From an uncultured Candidatus Entotheonella sp. (GTDB lineage Bacteria > Tectomicrobia > Entotheonellia > Entotheonellales > Entotheonellaceae), in assembly GCA_965215335.1 (NCBI GenBank), contig CBDCDA010000001.1, positions 576,001 through 640,000 on the forward strand: DNA of 64,000 nucleotides. Direction: 5' to 3'. Below are positions 46,729 to 57,889 of this stretch, piece after piece. The translations under genes were made by a program, and so were the position numbers. The notes below the pieces were generated by a model. The model ran no database searches, was not told where the DNA came from, and worked only from the letters and a program-made list of their open reading frames with translations. The first letter of the stretch is position 1, and the number at the start of each line of letters is the position of its first letter.

Positions 46729-47508
46729 ATGCCGCGTTTTTCCGCCAACATCGGTTTCATGTTCAACGAAGTGCCGTTTGCGGACCGCTATGACGCCGCG
46801 GCCCAGGCCGGCTTTCGCGGCATCGAATGCCCGTTTCCCTACGAGGTTCCGCCGGATGAACTGGCACGGCTTTTGCCACGTCACGGCGTCCAGCAGGTTC
46901 TCTGCAACCTGCCGCCTGACGGCATGGCGGCCATTCCCGGGCAGGAGGAAGCGTTTGCCGCGGGTCTGGAACGGGCCTTGACCTACGCCCGCGCCTTGAA
47001 CTGCCCGCGCCTGCACGCCATGGCCGGGGCGCCGGCGGCGGAGATGCACCGCTCGGACTGCGAGGCCGTCTACGTGCGCAACCTTAGATGGGCGGCGGAA
47101 ACCCTGCAGCCGCACGGCGTTCACCTGCTGATCGAGCCGATCAACACCACCGGCATGCCCGGTTACTTTCTGCACACCGCCGCACAAGCGCGCCGCATCA
47201 TGGACCAAGTGGGCCACGACAACCTGTTCCTGCAACTCGACCTGTATCACTGCCAGATCATGACGGGCAACCTGTCCGAGACCATCAAGACCCACCTTGA
47301 GGTGATCGACCACTTCCAGATCGCCGGTCATCCCGGCCGTCACGAACCCGACGTCGGCGAGATCAATTACCCTTACCTGTTCGATCTGGTCGACAGCCTT
47401 GGATACACCGGATGGGTCGGGTGCGAGTATCGGCCGCGCGCCGACACGGTGGCGGGGCTTGCCTGGCTCCGTCCCTTTCTCGACGGGACGTCTGTGGCGG
47501 GGTGCTGA
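46729..47508 (+). CDS. Hydroxypyruvate isomerase family (Hyi/OtnI)
   Basis: FSANIGFMF, IEPIN, DLYHCQ, PGRHEP, GCEY. Confidence 0.9.
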   Translation: MPRFSANIGFMFNEVPFADRYDAAAQAGFRGIECPFPYEVPPDELARLLPRHGVQQVLCNLPPDGMAAIPGQEEAFAAGLERALTYARALNCPRLHAMAGAPAAEMHRSDCEAVYVRNLRWAAETLQPHGVHLLIEPINTTGMPGYFLHTAAQARRIMDQVGHDNLFLQLDLYHCQIMTGNLSETIKTHLEVIDHFQIAGHPGRHEPDVGEINYPYLFDLVDSLGYTGWVGCEYRPRADTVAGLAWLRPFLDGTSVAGC

Positions 47509-47710
47509 AGCCAAATGCCGGATGTGCAAGGTAACGGGGAAGCATGGCGGCAGAGAGTAATGCAGAGAGACAACGGCGCTACCGCGAGCGCCAGAAGGCG
47601 AAACAGCCGCGCATGAGCGGAACCTCGCGGGAAAGGAAGACATCAGCGAATCGGAATGGGGTCTCCAGGCCCTGCACGTCAGTTCCTTTTCTCGAATTGC
47701 CCCTTTGTGC

Positions 47711-47756
47711 TTGACTTCGCCCAGTCGTCTCGGTTATGTGGTGCATGATACACCAC
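47711..47756 (+). promoter_or_regulatory. Putative promoter with palindromic operator upstream of the RHH gene
   Basis: TTGACT at 47711 and inverted repeat GTGGTG-N7-CACCAC at 47738-47756. Confidence 0.5.
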
Positions 47757-47778
47757 GATAGCAAGATGGTGGACATAC

Positions 47779-47994
47779 ATGGCTCGTCCACGGCAAAACA
47801 AGCAGACCGCACGGCTCAGTGTCAGCTTCGACAAGGAAGTCCATGAGCGTGTAGCGGCACTCGCGGACGCCCATGATGTGTCGGCCGCCTGGATCATACG
47901 CAAAGCAATCAGCGCCTATCTGGAAGATTACTCCCACAGCGCACAGATCATCAGCAGTGCTCGTCCCGTTCCGTGCCAATCGGGGGCGGAATGA
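47779..47994 (+). CDS. Ribbon-helix-helix (CopG-like) regulator
   Basis: RLSVSF beta strand followed by two helices (VSAAWIIRKAI). ATGA overlap with the next gene. Confidence 0.8.
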   Translation: MARPRQNKQTARLSVSFDKEVHERVAALADAHDVSAAWIIRKAISAYLEDYSHSAQIISSARPVPCQSGAE

Positions 47995-49357
47995 TGAGCA
48001 GGAAAAGCGACCTTCCCTTCGGTAGTGAGTTTTCGCCTTCGCAGATTGATTTGGCCCACGTGCTGGAGCTTGCAGAACTTCACGGTGGCGACCGGCGCGC
48101 ATTCGAGAACGCCGTGCGTGCCGCCTACTTCGAAGGGCATGCCACCAGCGCCTACAACCGCGGCAAGCTCGCGAACAACACCAGGCTCGGCATGATCGCC
48201 TACGGCATCATCGACCGTGACGCGAACCTGATCGATTTCGGGCACGAATTGAGCGCCCTGAAGGACGATGAACCTGCTCTCTACCAGCGTCTCGCCAAGC
48301 ACATCCTTCTCAACCTGCATGGTATGACCCTTGTCCGCTGCATTCAGGACATGGTGGCCGCCGGGGAGGCCGCCTCTCTCACCACCTTGCGCAATGGATT
48401 GGCAGCGCGTGGGGTGCACTACCCGTCGGGCGGCAAGCATCCCAGCATGATGCGCCTGTGGCTTGCCAAGGCAGGGGGTGTTTGTCGGGACTCGTTGGCA
48501 GATCAACACCCACCGCGTCGAAGACATTCTCGGACTGAACCCCGACGAGTTTGCCGTCCTCGCCGACTTCACGCCCGAACAGCGCGCCTTCTTGCGCGCG
48601 CTGGCCAATACCGGCACGACGGCCCCGCAGCCCGCCAATGAAATCGTGAGGCTCGCAACGGCCACATACGGGGTGAAGTTCCCCGAGAAAAGTCTGCCGA
48701 AACTTGTTCTTCACGCCCTCGAAGAAGCAGGCTACATCACGTCAGAGAAAACCACGACGGGACGCGGTGCAAAGCCCTTCCAGGTCGCCCCGACCGGCAA
48801 ACTCGTCGCGGACGTGGTCGAGCCGCTCCTGGAGCAGCTCAAGGGCCAGATCGATCCGAAGCTTTTGGCACTTCTGCGCACGCCTCTCGCGGACATTCTC
48901 GCGGAGCTGGATCATAGGGACCGCCATGTCGCGGGGCTTGCGCTCGAGGCACTCGCATTCAAGATCATGCGCCTGCTCGACATGACCTATGTTGCGACCC
49001 GTCTGCGGGCGAATCAGACGGGCGGCGCCGAGGTTGATCTCGTTTTTGAGAGCGCCCGCCTCGTGTTGCTGGCAGATTCAGTGCAAGAACACGGCCCGCG
49101 TCGCGCTCGACGACGTGGCCAAGGAAGTCGGTCTCACGCACTTTCTCAAGAGCAACGTGATCGTCATCGTCACGACAGGCGACATCAGCGGTGAAGCGCG
49201 CCGTTACGCCAACAAGATCATGGCCGACTCCAATCTCGCGGTCGTCATGCTCGACGGCGGCGACCTTCAGGCGATCAGCGAAAGCCCGGCAACCATCGTT
49301 CGCGCCTTTGAACGCGAGGCACGGCACGCCATGAACCTCAAAAAACTGGACATCTAG
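47991..49357 (+). pseudogene. Restriction endonuclease (C-terminal Mrr-like D..QxK nuclease) with two frameshifts
   Basis: Three consecutive ORF pieces join at G5 (48474-48478) and near 49066. EVDLV...WQIQCKN motif. Adjacent to a methylase. Confidence 0.75.
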
Positions 49358-49369
49358 CGGGTTGACAAG

Positions 49370-50527
49370 ATGACCGGAAAAGCACTTCCGACCGTCTACC
49401 ATGAAACCCGTCTCGGGCGCATCTATCACGCCGACAGCCTGGACGTGATGAAGCGTCGCAAGAAGACGTCCGTTGACCTGATCATGACCAGCCCGCCCTT
49501 TGCGCTGACTCGCAAGAAGGATTACGGCAACGAGCAAGAGGATGCCTATCTCGAATGGTTCCGCGCCTTTGCGAAACAGTTTCACCGCATTCTGAAAGAC
49601 GACGGCAGCCTTGTCATCGACCTGGGCGGCGCATGGAAACCAGGGCTTCCCGTGCGCAGCCTCTATCACTTCAAGCTTCTGATCATGCTGTGCGAGGAAT
49701 ACGGCTTCCATCTTGCGCAGGAATTCTACTGGTGGAATCCGTCGAAACTCCCGACCCCAGCGGAGTGGGTGAATGTGCGCCGCATCCGGGTCAAGGATGC
49801 GGTCAACACGGTGTGGTGGCTCGCCAAGACACCCTACCCGCGTGCCAGCAACCGGCGCGTCCTGCAACCCTACAGCGACAGCATGAAGACGCTTCTGTCG
49901 AATGGATACAGTGCCAGGCTGCGCCCGTCCGGGCACGACATCAGCGAAAAATTCGCCATCGACAATGGCGCGGCGATCCCGCCGAACCTGATCGCCGTTC
50001 CGAACACGGAGAGCAACAGCAGGTACATGCGCTACTGCAGCGAGCATGGCATCAAGGCGCATCCCGCCCGTTTTCCGGCCGCCTTGCCGGAATACTTCAT
50101 TCGCATGACGACAGACCCCGGTGATTTGGTTCTCGACCCGTTCGGAGGCAGTTGCGTGACGGGTGAAGTGGCTGAGCGTCTTGAGCGGAAGTGGGTTTGC
50201 GTCGAGCTTGTCGAGGCGTACCTGCGGGGCGCGAAAGGGCGCTTTGTACGGTCTGGGGAGTTGCCGTTGGCGGATGTTACGAAGGTAGCCAGGGCAATCA
50301 AGAAGAACGAAGATGGTTATTATCGCATCCCCCATCCGGGCTTGCTCTGGAACGGTAACGACAGGACGCCGCTTGCCGAAGACGGCGGCAAGCGGCGTCC
50401 AGAGTCAATGTGCAGGGACCAGTCATCAACCAAGGCTGGAAGCTGCCGTCCTGGGGGCGCGGAGAAGCTCGGCAAAGAACGTCGGCCAGAAGTCTTGGAT
50501 GGACAGGACGTGTCGGTCAAGGGTTGA
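49370..50527 (+). CDS. Beta-class DNA methyltransferase, M.PvuII-like (probably m4C)
   Basis: TSPPFAL..KK.YGN catalytic motif precedes HPARFP and LDPFGGS. Confidence 0.9.
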   Translation: MTGKALPTVYHETRLGRIYHADSLDVMKRRKKTSVDLIMTSPPFALTRKKDYGNEQEDAYLEWFRAFAKQFHRILKDDGSLVIDLGGAWKPGLPVRSLYHFKLLIMLCEEYGFHLAQEFYWWNPSKLPTPAEWVNVRRIRVKDAVNTVWWLAKTPYPRASNRRVLQPYSDSMKTLLSNGYSARLRPSGHDISEKFAIDNGAAIPPNLIAVPNTESNSRYMRYCSEHGIKAHPARFPAALPEYFIRMTTDPGDLVLDPFGGSCVTGEVAERLERKWVCVELVEAYLRGAKGRFVRSGELPLADVTKVARAIKKNEDGYYRIPHPGLLWNGNDRTPLAEDGGKRRPESMCRDQSSTKAGSCRPGGAEKLGKERRPEVLDGQDVSVKG

Positions 50528-50608
50528 AGGTTGAGCGCTTATGACCGGATGACGCCTCAGAATCGCTCAGGCGTGATTTGCCCGAAGGACCGTACAAAAC
50601 GCCCAACA

Positions 50609-50634
50609 AGAAAGCCGCCCGGAGGCGGCTTTCT
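50609..50634. terminator. Bidirectional intrinsic terminator-like hairpin
   Basis: agaaagccgcc-cgga-ggcggctttct between convergent genes. Confidence 0.75.
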
Positions 50635-50755
50635 CTGCGTCAGTTCGCCTGACCCTTGGGGTATCAGGCGCAACGCTGTATGCGCCAGGGGTGAACGACG
50701 ATAAAAACGACGGGGTTGCCGTGAAGCCATCCCGCCGCCAAGCCCTTGCTGCTTC

Positions 50756-51604
50756 TCAGACGTCCTTGTCGATCGGAGCGCCCACCAGGTTGCCCCATTC
50801 CGTCCACGAGCCGTCGTAGTTGCGGACGTTCTCATAACCCAAGAGATAGGTAAGCACAAACCACGTGTGGCTCGACCGCTCGCCAATGCGGCAGTAGGCG
50901 ATGACGTCGCTATCCGGCTTGAGGCCGGCCCGGCCTTCATACAGGGCTTCCAGTTCATCGGCGGGCTTGAAGGTGCCGTCGGCGGCCACCGCCTGCCCCC
51001 ACGGGACGTTCGCGGCGCCGGGGATGTGCCCGCCGCGCAGTGCGCCCTCCTGCGGATAATCCGCCATGTGGGTGAGTTCGCCGCTGTATTCGGCCGGCGA
51101 GCGGACGTCGATCAGGTCCTTGTCAGCCTTCATGTGCTCCGTCACCTCGTCGCGGAAGGCGCGGATGCCGAGGTTCGGGGCGGCAGCGGTGTACGTCTCG
51201 GCGGCGCAGGTTGGCCGCTCGGTACTCAGCTCGCGGCCCTCGTCGATCCATTTCTGCCGCCCGCCGTTCATGACCCGGCAATCGGCGTGGCCGTACATCT
51301 TGAAGACCCACAGCGCGTAGCAGGCCCACCAGTTGTTCTTGTCGCCGTAGAACACCACCGTATGGCTGTTGGAAATACCCTTGCCGCCGATGAGGTTCCC
51401 GAACGCCTGCTGGTTGACGTAGTCGCGCACCACCTGGTGTTGCAGCTCGTTCTGCCAGTCCACCTTTATGGCGCCGGGTATGTGCCCGGTTTCGTAGAGC
51501 AGGATGTCTTCATCCGATTCGACGATGCGCACGGATGGGTCGTTGAGGTGAGCGGCAACCCATTCGGTGCTCACCAGGACTTCCGGATGGACGTACTCAG
51601 CCAT
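50756..51604 (-). CDS. Two-domain rhodanese sulfurtransferase (SseA/CysA-like)
   Basis: GHIPGA twice, [19 protein letters not shown]. Confidence 0.93.
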   Translation of the reverse strand: MAEYVHPEVLVSTEWVAAHLNDPSVRIVESDEDILLYETGHIPGAIKVDWQNELQHQVVRDYVNQQAFGNLIGGKGISNSHTVVFYGDKNNWWACYALWVFKMYGHADCRVMNGGRQKWIDEGRELSTERPTCAAETYTAAAPNLGIRAFRDEVTEHMKADKDLIDVRSPAEYSGELTHMADYPQEGALRGGHIPGAANVPWGQAVAADGTFKPADELEALYEGRAGLKPDSDVIAYCRIGERSSHTWFVLTYLLGYENVRNYDGSWTEWGNLVGAPIDKDV

Positions 51605-51730
51605 CGTGTGTGCCTCCCTGTTCGGAGAAATGGTCAGGAGGAGCAGTCCCCCTCCCCTGGCGTCGTTGGATAACGTGAATAGAAGTATACACCTACCTGT
51701 CACGTAGAACCGTCAGGCTGCCAAGCGCGC

Positions 51731-52507
51731 TCAGAAGGGCAACGTCCAACGGCCGTACCACGCCAACAATGTTTCCCCCCACAGCATGGCCGCGATCCCT
51801 CCGATGGCCAGAAACGGGCCGAACGGCACGGGGTCTCGCCGCCCCTTGAGTCCCAGCAGGATCAGTGTCAACCCGCTTGTCGCCCCGCAGAAGGCGCTCA
51901 GGATGATGGCTGCGAGCACCGCCTGCCAGCCGACAAACGCCCCGATCATGGCGATGAGCTTCACGTCGCCACCGCCCAGGCCGGCGGGATATGCAAAGGC
52001 GATGAGCAGAAAAATCCCCCCGCCCAGGCAGGCCCCGGCAACGGCATTGGCAAATCCGATTGACGCGGGCAGCAAGGCGATGGCGACGCCGACCACGATG
52101 CCCGGCAACGTCACCGTATCGGGAATGATCATGTGCGCGAGGTCGATGAAGGACACGATCAGCAACGCCGTCACCAGCAGGGCGTAGGCAAAGGCGTGCA
52201 CCGAAAGCCCGAGTTGGTGATACCCGATCAGGTAGAGCAGGCCGCCAAGGCTCTCCACGACCGGGTAACGCCAGGAAATGCGCTCCTGGCAGAAGGCGCA
52301 GCGGCCCCTCAAGACGACGAAACTGGCAATCGGCAGGTTATGCCACGGACGCAGAGAGTGTTGGCAGGACGCGCACCGCGAGGCTGGGTAGACGATGGAT
52401 TGTCGCAACGGCAGGCGGTGGATGCACACATTGGCGAAGCTGGCGGCGATGCTTCCCAGAACAAAAGCGACGACGTGGTCAAAAACGGGCGTGGTCTGCG
52501 AAGTTAC
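51731..52507 (-). CDS. pilD: Prepilin peptidase/N-methyltransferase (A24); start codon unresolved
   Basis: SFANVCIHRLP, two CxxC, IDL..MIIPD, GGGDVKL, PFGPFL. Open frame extends past 52429 without a canonical start. Confidence 0.85.
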   Translation of the reverse strand, partial: VTSQTTPVFDHVVAFVLGSIAASFANVCIHRLPLRQSIVYPASRCASCQHSLRPWHNLPIASFVVLRGRCAFCQERISWRYPVVESLGGLLYLIGYHQLGLSVHAFAYALLVTALLIVSFIDLAHMIIPDTVTLPGIVVGVAIALLPASIGFANAVAGACLGGGIFLLIAFAYPAGLGGGDVKLIAMIGAFVGWQAVLAAIILSAFCGATSGLTLILLGLKGRRDPVPFGPFLAIGGIAAMLWGETLLAWYGRWTLPF

Positions 52508-52827
52508 GCTCCTTTCCCGCTCCCCGCGGGCGTGACGGCAAGCCGCTTTCCCGTGACGCCGTCGGGCACATTCACGATGTCGTCACCCTCCCTTTCCGAT
52601 GGCTTTACGCGGCAGCGTGGTTGATGCCCGAGCCTTGCAGAGCAACCGAGTGAAGACGGTGTGTGCACGGCCCTTTTGCATGCAAGTCGCTCCGCAGCAA
52701 GCTCTGTACAAGTCAGCGGACGGTCTGATGGCAATAAAAGCCCGCGCTCTCTCACCAGACATGACTGAACCTCGGGCGCCCGGTGTCGTATGGCAAAACA
52801 GGCGCTGCATTCCAGCGTCGAGACAGG

Positions 52828-54015
52828 TCACACAACGTCCCTTAATACACCACCACACGCTTTCACCGCCATTGTGGCGTATTCGCGCGCCCAGCGATCC
52901 GCCTCCAACGCGACCGAGATGTCGTCAAGAGGGATGGCCGTATGCCGTGCCATGGTGGTCTCGATCACCTTCGGAATCGCCAGAAAATTGATCGACCCTT
53001 CGAGGAAGGCTTGCACGGCAACCTCGTTGGCAGCGTTCAGAACGGCGGGCATGGTGCCCCCGCGTCGCGCTGACTCAATGGCCAACCGCAGGCAGGGAAA
53101 CCGTTCGTGGTCGGGGGGATGGAAATGCAGGGCTTGCACGGAAAACAAATCGAGCGACGGCAGGGCGTTCGGCAGTCGCTGCGGATAAGCCAACGCATAG
53201 GAGATCGGCACCCGCATGTCCGGAATGCCAAGTTGGGCGAGCACGGAACCGTCGTGAAATTCGACCATGGAGTGAACAATACTCTCAGGGTGCACGACGA
53301 TCTGGAGATTCTCGACAGGCACGTCAAAAAGCCGGTGCGCTTCAATCAGCTCAAGTCCTTTGTTCATCATCGTGGCGGAGTCGACGGTAATTTTCGGACC
53401 CATTTTCCAGTTCGGGTGCTTGAGCGCTTCGACGATACTGGCAGACTGCATGTCCTCCAACGACCAGTCGCGGAACGGCCCGCCGGAGGCCGTCAGCAGG
53501 ATGCGGCGCAACGCCGACCGCTGCTGGTCTTGCAGAACCTGAAAAATGGCGTTGTGTTCGCTGTCGACCGGGATAACTCTCCCCCAATCCTGCCTGTCAG
53601 GACGAATGATCAATTCCCCCGCCATCACCAGGGATTCCTTGTTTGCCAGCGCCACGTCCAACCCGGCTTGGACAGCTCGCAGGGTCGGCCACAGTCCGAT
53701 AGAACCGACCACCGCCGACATCACCAGGTGAACACCGGGATACACGGCGGCGCGGCACAGGCCGTCCAGGCCTGAATCCACTTCGATAGCCAAATCCCCC
53801 AGACGGTCACGCAGATGCCTGGCCTTTTCCTCGTCGAACAGCGCGGCCAGCTGCGGGCGGAAACGGCGTACCTGCTCTTCAAGCTTGTCCACGTTTGAGT
53901 GGGCTGCGAGCGCCAACACGGCAAATTGGTCAGGATGAGAAGCGATCACGCTCAAGGTGTTGACGCCGATTGAACCCGTTGAACCGAGCACGGCGATACC
54001 TTTTCGGGTGTCCAT
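52828..54015 (-). CDS. dxr: 1-deoxy-D-xylulose-5-phosphate reductoisomerase
   Basis: LGSTGSIG, LANKESLV, PVDSEH, HPNWKMG.KITVDSATMMNKGLE. Confidence 0.97.
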   Translation of the reverse strand: MDTRKGIAVLGSTGSIGVNTLSVIASHPDQFAVLALAAHSNVDKLEEQVRRFRPQLAALFDEEKARHLRDRLGDLAIEVDSGLDGLCRAAVYPGVHLVMSAVVGSIGLWPTLRAVQAGLDVALANKESLVMAGELIIRPDRQDWGRVIPVDSEHNAIFQVLQDQQRSALRRILLTASGGPFRDWSLEDMQSASIVEALKHPNWKMGPKITVDSATMMNKGLELIEAHRLFDVPVENLQIVVHPESIVHSMVEFHDGSVLAQLGIPDMRVPISYALAYPQRLPNALPSLDLFSVQALHFHPPDHERFPCLRLAIESARRGGTMPAVLNAANEVAVQAFLEGSINFLAIPKVIETTMARHTAIPLDDISVALEADRWAREYATMAVKACGGVLRDVV

Positions 54016-54049
54016 ACAAACGCCTCCCTGATCCGTCCAAGGCACTTCC

Positions 54050-54865
54050 TCAGGCAGCGGACGCCTTACCCAGCGCTTCAAGCGCGTAGCACAACGTCGG
54101 GGCAGCGAACAGCATGCTGTCGATACGGTCCAGACTGCCTCCGTGGCCGGGAATGAGCCCGCTGGAGTCTTTCGCACCGGTGTAGCGTTTGAGCATTGAT
54201 TCTCCCAGATCACTGATCTGAGCCGCAAGCGTTATCAGGAAACCGAGCAGCACGCCTTGCCACAGCAGCAGCTGAGGCACCAGAAGCGGTGCCGCCGCCC
54301 CGGCGGTCACCACGCCGCTCATCGTTCCCCCTGCGGCGCCCTCCCAGGTTTTGCCGGGGCTTAACGATACGGCCAGTCGATGTCGGCCCAGCAGTTTTCC
54401 AGTATACATGGCCATGGAGTCGCTGACCCACACCGTGAGGCACATGAAAAGCAGGTACCATTGCCCCGCCTGCATGCTGCGCAGAACGATAAAATGACTG
54501 AGGCACCAGGCAATGCCAAGGACGCCGAAAGTGCCGTGCAAAGCCATGGAAAATTTGACGGGCACGTCCTGCGAAGAGGTGATAGCGGTCAGGGTGAGCA
54601 GCAAGAGACTGAAGAACAGCGCCGGCGAAAGCCAGGGCCAACCACCCAGATAGGCCGCCAGCGTCAGGCCAACGGCCGCAACGTAACAAGCCCCGCTGCT
54701 CATGGACAATTGTATCTGTTTCAGCAGGGAACTGTATTCGTATAAAGCCAGGATGCTGACGGCCAGCACGAGAAGGGAAAAGAGTTCGACAGGGGCGTAC
54801 AGAAGGACAAGGATGAAGGGGGGAAGAATTACCAGGGCACTGATTACACGCCGCAATTGTTCCAT
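54050..54865 (-). CDS. cdsA: Phosphatidate cytidylyltransferase
   Basis: SPGKTWEG, DLGESMLKR, KDSSGLIPGHGG.LDRIDS. Confidence 0.95.
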   Translation of the reverse strand: MEQLRRVISALVILPPFILVLLYAPVELFSLLVLAVSILALYEYSSLLKQIQLSMSSGACYVAAVGLTLAAYLGGWPWLSPALFFSLLLLTLTAITSSQDVPVKFSMALHGTFGVLGIAWCLSHFIVLRSMQAGQWYLLFMCLTVWVSDSMAMYTGKLLGRHRLAVSLSPGKTWEGAAGGTMSGVVTAGAAAPLLVPQLLLWQGVLLGFLITLAAQISDLGESMLKRYTGAKDSSGLIPGHGGSLDRIDSMLFAAPTLCYALEALGKASAA

Positions 54866-55001
54866 GAGCCGTCCACACCGACAAACAGCACGGAAACGCT
54901 CTCAGTTGTCAGGGCAACATGCTGAACGTCGAAATCGGGACAACTGAGCAGCGCGGAATCACGCCTGGACATTTCTCGTCAAACGACGACGGACATTCCT
55001 G

Positions 55002-55557
55002 CTAGACCTCCAGAATCTCGTGTTCCTTGGCGTTCAAGACGTCATCGACCCGAGAAATGAAGCGATCGGTAATCTTCTGGACTTGCTCCTGTCCACGGCG
55101 CAAATCGTCCTGGGAGATATCCTTGGTCTTTTCCAGGTCCTTGAGTGTTTCGTTGCCCTCGCGGCGAACATTGCGCAGGGCGATTTTCGCGTCTTCGCCA
55201 ATCTTCTTGACCTTCTTGACCAAATCCTTGCGGCGCTCGGCGGTCAGTGGCGGGATTGCCAGTCGGATAATCTTGCCGTCGTTCATGGGCGTCAGCCCCA
55301 GGTCGGAGCGCTGGATGGCCCTTTCGATGAGACCGACCTGCGACTTGTCCCACGGCTGAATGGTCAGCAAACGGCTGTCAGGGGCCGCCAGGGTGGCCAT
55401 CTGATTCAGAGGCGTGGCGGTGCCGTAGTAAGTCACGTCGATGCCCTCCAGCAGCGCCAGCGTGGCGCGCCGGTACGGATTCGAGACAGCTCTTTGCGGA
55501 GGGCGGCTAACGAGCGCTCCATTTTGTGATCCACTTCGTGGTAGACGTCATCCAGCA

Positions 55558-55558
<1 letters not shown>
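55002..55558 (-). CDS. frr: Ribosome recycling factor (apparent 1-nt deletion near 55470)
   Basis: MLDDVY...LSRIRTG in one frame continues as [16 protein letters not shown] in another. TAATG overlap with pyrH. Confidence 0.92.
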
Positions 55559-56292
<734 letters not shown>

Positions 56293-56324
56293 TTACCGCA
56301 CGAGAGCGGTCCAAAGGCCACGGC

Positions 56325-56924
56325 CTACAACGCTTCGCCGAGCTGGAAGCGCACAAAACGGCTGACGGTGATGTTCTCGCCGGTTTTGGCGATTCTGGCG
56401 GTGATGAGATCACCCACGCTGATGCCGGGATCTTTCACGAACGGCTGGTCCAATAAGCAGACTTCCTGAAAGTATTTGTTGAGACGCCCCTCAACCATCT
56501 TGGCGATGGCCTGGGCTGGCCGACCTGAAGCTTGCGCTTGCTCCTCAAGGATCTGGCGTTCCTTGGCCACGGCATCTTCCGGCACGTCGTCACGCGTGGG
56601 GTAGAGGGGATTGCTGGCGGCCACCTGCATGGCAAGATCGTGCACCAGTTCCTGGAAGTCATCGGTTCTGGCGACAAAATCGGTCTCGCAGTTGACCTCG
56701 ATCATCACCCCAAGACGCCCGCCGCCATGAATGTAGGCACCCACAGAGCCCTCGCGGGTGCTGCGTTCAGCCCGCTTTGCTGCGGCCTGCAAGCCTTTCT
56801 TGCGCAGGTAATCCTGTGCCTCCTGGATGGAACCGTTGGTGGCCGCAAGCGCCTCCTTGCAGGCCATGATCCCGACGCCGGTTTTCTCCCGCAATTCCTT
56901 TACCATCGCTGTGGTAATCGACAT
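56325..56924 (-). CDS. tsf: Elongation factor Ts (short form)
   Basis: VKELREKTG, EVNCETDFVA, LLDQPFVKD. Confidence 0.97.
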   Translation of the reverse strand: MSITTAMVKELREKTGVGIMACKEALAATNGSIQEAQDYLRKKGLQAAAKRAERSTREGSVGAYIHGGGRLGVMIEVNCETDFVARTDDFQELVHDLAMQVAASNPLYPTRDDVPEDAVAKERQILEEQAQASGRPAQAIAKMVEGRLNKYFQEVCLLDQPFVKDPGISVGDLITARIAKTGENITVSRFVRFQLGEAL

Positions 56925-56953
56925 CCTCTTTCCTTTTCCTTCCGTGGACCTGC

Positions 56954-57814
56954 TCATTCTTCGGCAGGCAATCCTGCAGGCGGGTCGCCCTCACTCGCGG
57001 CCGTGACGGCAACCGCGGGATCGACAGCCGCATCGGGCTGGGCGACATCCACCGCCTGGTCGCCAGTGGGAATCAATCCCTCCTGCGGTACCGGCGAGGC
57101 CGTGCTCTCCTCTTCCAGTAGAGCGGACTGGTTTTCATGTATCCCCTCGATAGCGGCCTGCGCAATTTGCGATGTCATCAGCCGAATGGCACGGATGGCA
57201 TCGTCGTTGCCCGGGATGACGTAGTCGATGTCATCCGGGTCACAATTGGTATCCACAATCGCGACCGTCGGGATGCCGAGCTTCTTGGCCTCACTGACAG
57301 CTATCTTTTCTTTCTTGCAATCAATAACGAAAAGGGCGCCCGGCAGAGATTCCATCGACTTGATACCGCCCAGCAATTTCTCAAGCTTGTCGGACTTTTT
57401 TTGCAACTGCAAAACTTCTTTCTTGGGCAGGCTTTCCCACATGCCCATTTCCTGCATGTGCTCGAACTCTTTGAGCCGTCCGAGGCTGTTCTTGATCGTT
57501 GAAAAATTCGTCAGCATGCCGCCGAGCCAGCGCTGATTCACGTAAAACTGCTGCGCACGCACCGCTTCGCTACCGACGATGTCCTGCGCCTGCTTCTTCG
57601 TGCCGACGAAAAGGATGCGGCCCCCACCTGCTGTTGTGCGGCGAATGAATTCGCATGCTTCGCGGAAACGCTCCAGTGTCTGCTGCAGGTCGACGATATA
57701 GATGCCGTTCCGCGACCCGAAAATATAGCGCTTCATTTTCGGGTTCCAGCGATTTGTCCGGTGCCCGAAATGCGCCCCGGACTCTAATAGTTGGCGTAGG
57801 GTAAGTGTTGCCAA
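56954..57814 (-). CDS. rpsB: 30S ribosomal protein S2
   Basis: [33 protein letters not shown] start after GGAGGAGG. Confidence 0.97.
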   Translation of the reverse strand: MATLTLRQLLESGAHFGHRTNRWNPKMKRYIFGSRNGIYIVDLQQTLERFREACEFIRRTTAGGGRILFVGTKKQAQDIVGSEAVRAQQFYVNQRWLGGMLTNFSTIKNSLGRLKEFEHMQEMGMWESLPKKEVLQLQKKSDKLEKLLGGIKSMESLPGALFVIDCKKEKIAVSEAKKLGIPTVAIVDTNCDPDDIDYVIPGNDDAIRAIRLMTSQIAQAAIEGIHENQSALLEEESTASPVPQEGLIPTGDQAVDVAQPDAAVDPAVAVTAASEGDPPAGLPAEE

Positions 57815-57889
57815 AAGGTTCACCTCCTCCCGTGCCCGGCACGGATCAACCGTGGGACACCGCCACGGCACCCGGGGCGGTGCTCTTCC

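Noticed and set aside
54890..54945. CPDFD reading resembling the UppS WPDF motif
   Set aside because: Too short, and the following residues do not resemble the UppS C-terminus
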